DNA from: a virus | Length of the DNA: 64,000 nt | Virus record (IMG/VR): IMGVR_UViG_3300018080_000105 | Coordinates: 1 to 64,000 of that record | Reading direction: 5' to 3' (one strand) | In this document: positions 38,519-47,400 of the stretch, piece by piece | Numbering within the stretch: position 1 is the first letter of the stretch | Layout: each line of letters begins with the position of its first letter | The notes under the pieces: model-generated | Told to the model about the DNA's origin: nothing | Databases searched by the model: none | The model's input: only the letters and a program-made list of their open reading frames with translations | Made by a program: the position numbers and the translations under genes

Positions 38519-40974
38519 CAGTTTGCAACATCCCGAAGACTAAGGTCAGAACTGTCTTCTTCTGGGTACGGTTCAATTGTCTTTTGCTTTAAGAAGAGCA
38601 CGATATCGCCAGTCGACTCGAACGCGTTCCGCAATGAGTCTTCCAGTTCGGGCATATCCTGCTTGCCGTACCTATCGGCAAACTGCTCCTGGTGCCAGTA
38701 GAACTGGAACAGGATACGCCCTAATCGATCAACCGACCGGATGATATCAGGAATGTACCGATCAATCATCGTATCGTCTCGCACAGCTTTCAGCATGGAG
38801 CCGATCATCGCTGTGTCGAAGACTTCCTTCTGACCGGAAGCAGCTGCGTCTGCTACAGCTGCGTGATCCATCGGTCCCGGTGTGGCGCCAGGGCGTACAT
38901 CATAAACCGAAGGATCGGTGTTAGCTGCTGACAACGCCTCGACAGGAACCTCTTCTTCCTGCATGGCGATCGTGTTGCCCTGGAAGCCCATCGGGTTGTA
39001 GCCGCCCTGCATCGCTTCCGGGAATGATGGAGCCATCGGGGCTCCCTCGGTCAGGAAGGGATTAGCGTACTTCACGCGACAAACCATGCCGTTACCAGCA
39101 TGGCTTTTGTGCTTCGCAGTCTTCAGCAGTTCCTGAGAGGCCGGCACAGAAAGCCCGTGGTCATAAACCAGGTGGACCTGTGCATCCCGCGGAGTTAGCC
39201 GGTGACCATTGACGATGTAGCGGGTGCCCTCGTCTACGATTCGCAGCTTTGCGGTTTTCTTCATGATGTTCGCAGTGGCGTCGAACAGGTTGCCAGGCTG
39301 GATCGGCGGATCCTTGCTCGTGGTGTCGTCAGCACAGCAAGGCTCGATATGAGCCTTGTTCTTCCGACGCTCATCCCAGTTCGTCATCTGGACTTTGACA
39401 ACCTTGCAACCCTTCGGCACAAACAAGTCGCCTCGACTGGACCGCATATCGGTTCCGTCTTTGGCATCCAGATGAATCCGTTGCCCGTCAGACCATTTGC
39501 TATACCGATCATAGTTGGATGACGTATCGTAGTCTGTCCAACGACGCATACCCACTTCACGACTACGCGGGTGGTCAGTCTCGAAGTCGACTTTGTAAGA
39601 GTCATCGCCGATCGAATCTTCCACGCGGAACGTACAGGTCGCGTTGCGTCGCGGTCCAACAAGCATGTAGCGATCACCAACAGTCAGAGAGCTGGCGTCA
39701 GACTGACTATCGAGCCAGTCTTGCCAATTCTCTTCGCCGCCCATTTCTTCTTCCTGGCCGGCGGTCCAGATGTCGTGGCGGTCGAAGTTGCCCCAGCTCT
39801 TGTCCCCTTCAAGCCGCACAACCAGGCAGGTGCTTTCACGCCCATCTGGGCCGACTGGGTTGATGACTACCAGACACTTATCGAACTCGCCCGGCTTCGT
39901 CAGCACCTGATAGATGCCAGTTTCACCAGGATTGACGAGCTTTTGTTCGACCTGCAGGTTTACCGCCACAGAGATCTCATCGCCGGAGCGGTGATCTTTG
40001 ATCAGCATGCCGTCTCGCAGCAGCTTTTCCTGGTCCTCTTCGGCGAGGTCCTCGGGCGGCCCGTCCACCATACTCTGTTCGCTGGTGATGATACGGATCT
40101 TCTGACGTGCGTCCGGGCCGTCGTCATCGTCGGCCGCAGTCTTCTCGCCCAGGATGGAACCGGTGATGATTTGGTTCTTATTTACCGAAGCGTACGGGTC
40201 ATCCATCACGGAGCTGATGTTGCTCCGGTTGCGTGCCTCTGACACGGCATCGGTCAGCACATCCATCCCGTGCCAGTTAGCGAAGGCAGCTGCGATCTTG
40301 GGCTTCCGCTGCATCATTTCCACAACCGCCTGCAACGCTGGCAGGCTGGCTTGCTTCATGAAGTCACTCAGATCGAGCTTCGTTTGACAATGATCCGCAA
40401 ATTCGGAGATGCTGTCTTGCAGAGGCCGTGTCGCTAAGTGCCCAAACACTGGCATGAACGCAGCGACAGCAGACGCGTACTTGTGCGGCGACTCGCGGAG
40501 CTTCGAGAGTTCTGGCTGGCTCACGCCGATAGCCGACAGGTTACGGTCAATACCTGCGCCAATGATGTTCGGCTTACGATTGATGACGTAGTTGAGCCAG
40601 TTCTCTTTGAGCGGGACAAACATGTCCTGATTCTTCAGGTACAACAGTTCGTGGCCCTTCAGCTCACCTTGAAGAAAGAACACTGGAGCAAACAGCTGAG
40701 AGCTGCCTACCTTAAAGGCCATCACACCGACAGCCTGGGTGTTCTCTTCGTTGCGGTCGAGCAGCTGGAAGCCCAGCTCGTGATCGAGCAGGGTCGGAGC
40801 TTTATCCCGCATGTAAGCGTGAGCCAAATTGGAGAAGGCCTGCTCAAAGGGAGCGTCGGCACCATCTCCTCCCAATTCGGCTACTTTGATCGTCTGTTCC
40901 GGCGCGTGTGCGTAGTCACGGACACGGTTCATCCAGTAGTCGATTTCATGAGTCTGAGGCATGGGGCGCTCCAT
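38518..40974 (-). CDS. Large putative internal head polyprotein (818 aa)
   Basis: Segments separated by IKVAE, KYASA, KQASL, EKTAA, KKTAK, KYANP; lies between RNAP and the head genes. Confidence 0.6.
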   Translation of the reverse strand: MERPMPQTHEIDYWMNRVRDYAHAPEQTIKVAELGGDGADAPFEQAFSNLAHAYMRDKAPTLLDHELGFQLLDRNEENTQAVGVMAFKVGSSQLFAPVFFLQGELKGHELLYLKNQDMFVPLKENWLNYVINRKPNIIGAGIDRNLSAIGVSQPELSKLRESPHKYASAVAAFMPVFGHLATRPLQDSISEFADHCQTKLDLSDFMKQASLPALQAVVEMMQRKPKIAAAFANWHGMDVLTDAVSEARNRSNISSVMDDPYASVNKNQIITGSILGEKTAADDDDGPDARQKIRIITSEQSMVDGPPEDLAEEDQEKLLRDGMLIKDHRSGDEISVAVNLQVEQKLVNPGETGIYQVLTKPGEFDKCLVVINPVGPDGRESTCLVVRLEGDKSWGNFDRHDIWTAGQEEEMGGEENWQDWLDSQSDASSLTVGDRYMLVGPRRNATCTFRVEDSIGDDSYKVDFETDHPRSREVGMRRWTDYDTSSNYDRYSKWSDGQRIHLDAKDGTDMRSSRGDLFVPKGCKVVKVQMTNWDERRKNKAHIEPCCADDTTSKDPPIQPGNLFDATANIMKKTAKLRIVDEGTRYIVNGHRLTPRDAQVHLVYDHGLSVPASQELLKTAKHKSHAGNGMVCRVKYANPFLTEGAPMAPSFPEAMQGGYNPMGFQGNTIAMQEEEVPVEALSAANTDPSVYDVRPGATPGPMDHAAVADAAASGQKEVFDTAMIGSMLKAVRDDTMIDRYIPDIIRSVDRLGRILFQFYWHQEQFADRYGKQDMPELEDSLRNAFESTGDIVLFLKQKTIEPYPEEDSSDLSLRDVAN

Positions 40975-41043
40975 CCATGGTCGCGGGATTGCGTTATCAC
41001 CGAATTATGTTAGCAGGGCGAGGTTTTTGAGACTACCTCAGCC

Positions 41044-42939
41044 CTACGGGGTCGTTTTGTTAGTGTCAAGATCCTTCCAGCCCTGGGTTGCTCCATGCTC
41101 CCCAAAGCCAGCTCCGTGGGCCAGGGCCGGCACATAGCTGGTCCCGCCCTCGTCCGATACAGCACCTCGTCGGGCGCCTTCCAAAAGACTGTTTTTCTGG
41201 TAACTACCCAACATCCTGGTCATCCAGTCCGGGTCATGTGCCGCATTCGACATTCCCCGAATCATTTCCGGCTGAAACGGAGGAGGCTCGGTATGTGCGT
41301 AAATCGACCGAACTCCGTGTTTCTGCAGATGTTTTACCATCGAAGGCTGGATCTTGGTACCCACGGAATAATGTAGGACGGGTCGTTCGAGATATTTTCC
41401 TGCTGCCTGGTTCGGTGTAATGACCGCGTGGCCCTCACGCGGTTTCCACTGTCGCTCCAGTAATTGGTAAGGAACCACATCATCCTGGACCCAGTCACCC
41501 ATCTCTTCGGTGAGCCTGACATGGTTGATCAGGCCCCGAGAAAGCAGCTCGATATTACGTCGGTGACCACGTGTTCCCATACCGTCAAGCGTGTCGCGGA
41601 ATGCCTTCACAAAGTACCGTCGACCTTCTCCGACGCCTTTATGCTTTACGACTTCGGCCGGGTTGGGGATTCCTTCGGAGATAACATCTCCGGCTTCGAC
41701 CGTGTCACCCTTTTTGACTTTGAGCTCGTAGCCGTGACCAACATAGTGGTCTTCGTTCCCAATGTGGACGTAGTGTCCGCCCTGCGGAGCTTCTCGCACA
41801 GAGTGCACAGTCCCGTCCAACTGAGCATGTGCCGCACCCGCGGCGAATTTCTTAGGGACTTGCACCAGCTGGTTGATGAACTGGAAACCTGAGATGGCAC
41901 CCGCCCCTGCTCCCGCCACGCCCCCAGAATGCTTTGAGGAAATTTGGGCCTGCGTGATCGGTTCCGCGAGTGCCTGGGCCGCGGCAATACCAACATAGTC
42001 ACCGATTGGCGACAATCCTCCACGTTCGCGATATCCCAAATCACGGGCATAAACTCCGCCGTCCTGCGGCCCGCCCACGGTCGGACTGCGAACAAGTATT
42101 TCATCAATGCCATCAGCTTCCAGCTCTTTCAAAATCTTCGGTGTCAGGACCGTATTGCGTTTGTACCCGCCGATCGGGTGCGCCAGCAGTGAACCAGCTG
42201 TATCTGAGTCGTTCGTATTTACCGGCAAACCGCGTGGCGTAGATTCGTCGTAGGGATCGTCATCATCGTCTGACGTAACCAGCAGGCGATGAGTTGCCTG
42301 CACGAGCTGCTTTGCCAGGAATCCGGCATCCTGTGTCGCACTCTTCAAGTCCTGAATCCCTTTCCTCGCACCGAACGCCCCGGCGAAATACTCATAGGGC
42401 TTCAGTCCCATGGAATAACTGCGAAGCACAGGAATCGGCAATGCGTTGCCGCGGTGGTCGGTGTACAGGAGGTCAGCTCCGCGAAGAGAATTCAGATTTA
42501 CGCTGTTACCCCGCGAACCAGACTGTACCTGCATTGCAAGCGGGTTGCCTTCGTCCTTGGATTCCTGCAGGACATCTTTGTGCAGCTGTCCCTGATATTT
42601 CTGCACAGCGAGCAAGACTGCGGTGTCCTTTTGTTCGTCAGACATGTTGGACGAATAGATCTTGTCCAGTTCCTTCTGCATCTTCATCCGCATCTGCCGC
42701 CCAGCCAGTGACTGTCGCAGAGATTTCAATCCAAATGAATAGCCACCCTCGGAGAACGAAGCATCCCGCCCAATGTCAGACAGGCGTTTGGCGACTTCGC
42801 GATATTTATCCGGGTGTTTATCGGCTACTTCCTGGAGCAAAGCACGGATGCCTTTCTTGTCCAGTACCCGGTCGTGGTCGACCAAGTCTTCTGGCAAGAC
42901 ACTGTTGATCCAGAGTTGTCCAAGAGTCGTTTCCAGCAT
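41044..42939 (-). CDS. rpoC: Two-barrel RNA polymerase, beta' C-terminal subunit (bridge helix, trigger loop)
   Basis: ETTLGQ (TTxGR); bridge helix GARKGIQDLKSATQDAGFLAKQLV; trigger loop AAAQALAEPITQAQISSKHSGG; C-terminal LLEGARRGAVSD. Confidence 0.93.
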   Translation of the reverse strand: MLETTLGQLWINSVLPEDLVDHDRVLDKKGIRALLQEVADKHPDKYREVAKRLSDIGRDASFSEGGYSFGLKSLRQSLAGRQMRMKMQKELDKIYSSNMSDEQKDTAVLLAVQKYQGQLHKDVLQESKDEGNPLAMQVQSGSRGNSVNLNSLRGADLLYTDHRGNALPIPVLRSYSMGLKPYEYFAGAFGARKGIQDLKSATQDAGFLAKQLVQATHRLLVTSDDDDDPYDESTPRGLPVNTNDSDTAGSLLAHPIGGYKRNTVLTPKILKELEADGIDEILVRSPTVGGPQDGGVYARDLGYRERGGLSPIGDYVGIAAAQALAEPITQAQISSKHSGGVAGAGAGAISGFQFINQLVQVPKKFAAGAAHAQLDGTVHSVREAPQGGHYVHIGNEDHYVGHGYELKVKKGDTVEAGDVISEGIPNPAEVVKHKGVGEGRRYFVKAFRDTLDGMGTRGHRRNIELLSRGLINHVRLTEEMGDWVQDDVVPYQLLERQWKPREGHAVITPNQAAGKYLERPVLHYSVGTKIQPSMVKHLQKHGVRSIYAHTEPPPFQPEMIRGMSNAAHDPDWMTRMLGSYQKNSLLEGARRGAVSDEGGTSYVPALAHGAGFGEHGATQGWKDLDTNKTTP

Positions 42940-42944
42940 TCGTA

Positions 42945-43196
42945 TCAGCCAGATTTGATCTGAGGTTGCCCCGGGGCATTAACGTCGATGACTGCGACCG
43001 TCTTATCGATACCAAGGTTACGCAGTACCTCGTTGAACTGTCGCTGCGTAGATTCCTGTGCAGTCTCTGCGATGATCAACTCATCTCCAAGTTCTGCGGC
43101 GACGGCGATCGGATTGTCGAACTTATCAAGAACAACGACCCGAGTGACTTCTTTGGTTGTGAAGTCGCCCAGGCCATTGTGAAACATGATCTTCAT
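42945..43196 (-). CDS. Small hypothetical protein inside the beta' split (83 aa)
   Basis: TGATG-coupled to the upstream gene. Confidence 0.65.
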   Translation of the reverse strand: MKIMFHNGLGDFTTKEVTRVVVLDKFDNPIAVAAELGDELIIAETAQESTQRQFNEVLRNLGIDKTVAVIDVNAPGQPQIKSG

Positions 43197-43879
43197 CAGA
43201 CCTGCGTCCTCTGCCGCATAATTGCCGCCACAGCCGCAGCCCCGGTCTCGGGGTCGTAGTTGTTGAGAACATCACGCACAGTCAACTGTGCTGCCTTCTC
43301 GCCTCCGCCCCCGGCCAAGCCGGCCTGCATCGGGTTAATATCTGGAATCGGTCCACCGCCGTCATCCGCTGGAGCCATTGCAGCTCCCGGATCCTGCGGC
43401 CCGCCAGGCACTGCCGCTTCCGCGACAGGTGTCGGCGAGCCTGGAGGTGTGATCAGGGCACCCGGATCGAGCTGAATGCCCTGTGCGTTCATAATAGCCG
43501 TCAATTGTTGCTGCAGATTGTACAACCTGAAGTCCAACATCTGCATCATTTGCTCGGGCTTCATTTTTGGCGGGGCTGCTCCAGCACCGCCGGCGGCAGC
43601 TGCCGCCGGGTCGGCTGGAGGAGCGGCACCAGCTGCCATCGCTGGGTCCATCGCACCACCGACCATAGCTGGATCAACAGGAGGCGCCGCTCCGGGCATT
43701 GCTCCAGCCATTGCCGGGTCCATCGGGGGCATGCCGCCTGCAGCCGCCATAGCCGGGTCCATCGGGGCGCCGGCGGGCGCTGCAGGAACGACTGCAATCT
43801 TTTCCATTGAAGGACCGCCTTGATCCTTCCACACACGATGCTGCGCGAGTTCAAGAAGAGCAGGGTTGTAACCGGTCAT
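43196..43879 (-). CDS. Pro/Ala/Met-rich low-complexity protein inside the beta' split (227 aa)
   Basis: PMDPAMA-type repeats bracketed by MEKIAV and GEKAAQ. Confidence 0.7.
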   Translation of the reverse strand: MTGYNPALLELAQHRVWKDQGGPSMEKIAVVPAAPAGAPMDPAMAAAGGMPPMDPAMAGAMPGAAPPVDPAMVGGAMDPAMAAGAAPPADPAAAAAGGAGAAPPKMKPEQMMQMLDFRLYNLQQQLTAIMNAQGIQLDPGALITPPGSPTPVAEAAVPGGPQDPGAAMAPADDGGGPIPDINPMQAGLAGGGGEKAAQLTVRDVLNNYDPETGAAAVAAIMRQRTQV

Positions 43880-44487
43880 CAGTTGATCTCCGAATCAGAT
43901 TGGCACGGGCATACGCCGTCATTCATCTTCTTGCCGAAATTGCAATTTGCGCACAACGTCTGCAGAGTATCTGGGAAACCATTCTGAATAGCCCAACGAT
44001 ACAAGTTCGTGGGACCGATTTCCTTCCGGTGAAGATACCCGTCATCGTTCACATGGTCAATTTGTAAGAAATACTCGCGAGTTTCGCCACAGCAGACGCA
44101 TTTCCGTCCGTAGTGATCAAAGACTTGTGACTTCTGCCGCTGATACCGCTCAACCTTCTTGGCCTTGCAGCCCAAGCAGTAAACTCCCGTCTCTACCGGA
44201 GTAGTACAGGTCGGACACAGGCCGGCTTCTCTCCAGGCTGCTCTCCGTTCGTTACTGTTCCGCTGCTGGCTCTTGGCACAGACGGCGCATCTTACACGCC
44301 CAGCTCGGGGTGAGCGAACCCCGCAGTTGACACATTTCCCCGAATTCTTCCGCCGTTCTCGCCGGTCCCTGGATTTCGCCTTGGCGATCTCCGCACAGGC
44401 AGGGCACAGAGCCTTGTCGGTCGGAGTCTCGCACTCAGTGCACTGACCCGCAGCACGACGCCGCCTGTATTGCATGAGGGAAGCCAT
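43879..44487 (-). mobile_element. HNH endonuclease with multiple CxxC zinc fingers
   Basis: CTEC, CPAC, CVNC, CAVC, CPTC, CLGC; HNH core CVCC...LQIDHVNDDG...LQTLCANCN; single-base overlaps with both neighbours. Confidence 0.85.
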
Positions 44488-47400
44488 TATTTCTCCATGA
44501 TCTTGACCCGCCGACCGACGCCGATCTTGCCCTGTTTGTAGGCTTTGACCGCATCCTGGACAGTGGCGAAAGTGGCGGGGGCGTTCTTCTTGTCCTGCTG
44601 GGCCGAGGCTTCGTAGAGGCCTCCGATATATTCTTGGGAAGGTAAAAAATGTACGCCAAAAGAAGCTGCGCTAAACAAATTCCTGGATGGCAACATTTTC
44701 TGCAGCGCCTCTTCCTTCGCGTCGTCGTCCAGCGGGACGTGATACTGCATGGCGTCCCCGTCGAAATCTGCACCAAATCCGCCCACCACGAGAGGACTAA
44801 TCTTCAAAACGGTGCCTTTCACCAGCCGTGGACGGGCTGCCATGACACCATACCGGTGCAACGTGGGAGCCCGGTTGATCACCACCACGCCACTTTCCAT
44901 CTCGTCCATCATGGCTTTTCGAGCTGTCGGGGTCTTATCTTCAACAGCCCGAGCAGCATCCACACGACTCATACCGCGTCGCACCATCCGGCGAATCATC
45001 GTCGGGCGATAGATCTCCCAGGCTGTCTCTTCCGGAATACCCACTTGATCCATATCGAGGTCAGGGTCCGGGGCAATCACTGAACGACCAACCATGTCTG
45101 TAGAGGAACCCAGCAAACGACGCTGAACCGTCCCGGTCTTTGGGGACGATCCAAAGATGTGTTTCAGAATTCCTTTGACCTTCCGCTCCTGATTCTTTGG
45201 GTGCGTCGGATCACCGAGACCTGTCACGGCTTTGAACGCCTCGTATGTTGCGAGACGTTCATCACCAATATCCTCTTCGTCAAGCTGTTCAGACAACTGC
45301 TTCAGATTGTTGTTTGCATCCCACAGCTCTTTGTAGAGATAGTTCGGGTCCGCAACGAGTGGTAACTTCTTCGCACCCATCGTCGACACCGGACGAAACG
45401 CCGGAGGCAAAACAGGGGCGCGCTTCAGCACCCAGTCTCGCGGATGGATGTTGAGACGCTTTGCACTCTTCAGATATCCGAGCCGGCGGACCGCTTTGTC
45501 TCGGTGAGTCTTCTTCCCGCTGGCGATCTCAGCTCGTGCCCTCGCAATCTCCTTGTCGAGTTCGAGCCCGTTGAGTGCGGCGGCAACAGCGCCCGGACCG
45601 ACACGTCCGTTGAGCTTCTCGCGGCCCGCCAGAATGTCGTTGAACTTGTTCTTTGTCAGCCCCAGCAGCCGCCTGATCGGTTCCTCCATCACAGGGTTCG
45701 GCATGGGTTCCGCAAGTTTGATCGCTGCCCATCGGTTTCCTCCTCCATCGGCGGTTTGGTGCCCGCCAGTCAGCGACTGGTCAAAGAGTCCGCCTTTTGA
45801 CGGCTCCATCGTCTTCCAGTCTACGGTTTCAACATTCTTCAATTCGCGTTCGCCAGCCAGTTCATCAACGTCCTTGTCGGTGAGTGCCATGATATGCACT
45901 TTGTCACCGTTGCGGACCACGTTGATCCCTGACGCTTTCAGACTGTTCACGAACTTACGGTACACATGCGGCACCTCCGGAGTCGGAGGTTTGAACCCGC
46001 TCATATACTGTGCCCAGTAATCCGGATTGGCCTGGCCCCGGATGATGCTGCCGTCTCGAACCACCGATGTAGCTCCGTGTGACAGCAGTGCGTTTGTTTC
46101 CAACATCCCGACACGTTTAGCGCCAGTCTTCCCGCCCTTCGCCGGCGTACGCTCGGCGGTGTATGAGCCAATGCCGCGACCCTGCGCTTTGGAATCAGCT
46201 GTGTGGTGCAGCTTCATCACCCAACGATTACCGGTGAAGATGTCATTCACCTTCCGGTCGTTGGTTGGGTCGATGATTGTCTCCGTGTCTTCCAACCCGG
46301 CTTTCTGAAGTTCGCGTAACGCGAACTCGATCATGTCTTCCTCGTCCTGGAAGTCTGGAACCTTGAATGGCTCACCACGTTTGGCCGCGATCTTTCCAAG
46401 AGCAGCTTCCACAATCTGAGCAGGATTGGTACGGCTGATGACACCCAACGGGTTAAGCAACAGATCGTAGGCTTTGCCATCCTGGTCGGTCGGCATTTGA
46501 TCGTCGGGAATGACGTGGCTGATGATCCCTTTGTCGCCATACCGTCCGCTCAGCTTGTCGCCGACCTTCATTGGGATAGATGCCTTCACAACCACCGACG
46601 CACCCTTCGGCGTCTGGACTACATCAATCACTTCGCCATCGTAGTCGTGGTCCCACTTTAGACTGACGTCCTGAAAGCTGGGCTTCCCACCTTTCAGCAG
46701 ACTCTTCTTGTTTCGTTCCTTTTCACGCGCCACCAGGATCAGTGGGTCGCCTTCTGAGACTTTAGTACCGGGCTTTACCACACCTTCATCGTCGAATCGC
46801 TCCAGAATGTCGCGCCCGTACTTCGACGGAAAGATCGACTGGAACGATTTACGTCCGCGGTGGTCACTCTTCTCCCAGTCATGCGAGTTCTGGTAAGTGT
46901 GCTGCGACGACATTCGCTTCGCGAACGATGCACTGATGACATTGGCATCTTCAAAGTTAAGGCCACCCCATGGAACGTACGCCACACGGGCATTCATTCC
47001 GAGAGCAGTAGTACCCTGTTCGTCTGTGAAGTTAGAGCGCGCCAGCAACTGTCCAGCCTCAAACTGATCACCAGGTTGGACAGTGGCTGTCTGATGCAAG
47101 CTGGTCTTCCGATTGAACGGGAAGTTGTTGTACAGAGGTAGCTCTGCCTTTTTCCCGTCGGCGTAGCGAACCTTGATCCCGTCCGGCGACACCGCTTCAA
47201 CCACCCCTGGCTGGTCAGCGTGAAGGGCGCCCATCTTGTCGGCATACTCTTGCTCGAAGCTGCGACCCTCAACGCCGGGCATCCCTGATTGCACGAGAGG
47301 AGCCTCGGCACCATCCAACGGCATAGCCTGCGTAAGCATTCGTGCGGCCATCACCGCTCGCTGCCCCTTCACCATGGATTTCATGGGGATCATGTTGCCG

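Noticed and set aside
40975-41043. Sigma70-type promoter before the 818 aa gene (CATAAT)
   Set aside because: A -10-like hexamer is present, but there is no convincing -35 or recurring partner motif, so it cannot be supported by eye.
42940-44487. Group I intron or intein interrupting beta'
   Set aside because: The interval holds three tightly coupled ORFs with almost no non-coding sequence for a ribozyme core; both RNAP parts end and start cleanly; no intein C/S...HN termini seen. RT-PCR would be decisive.
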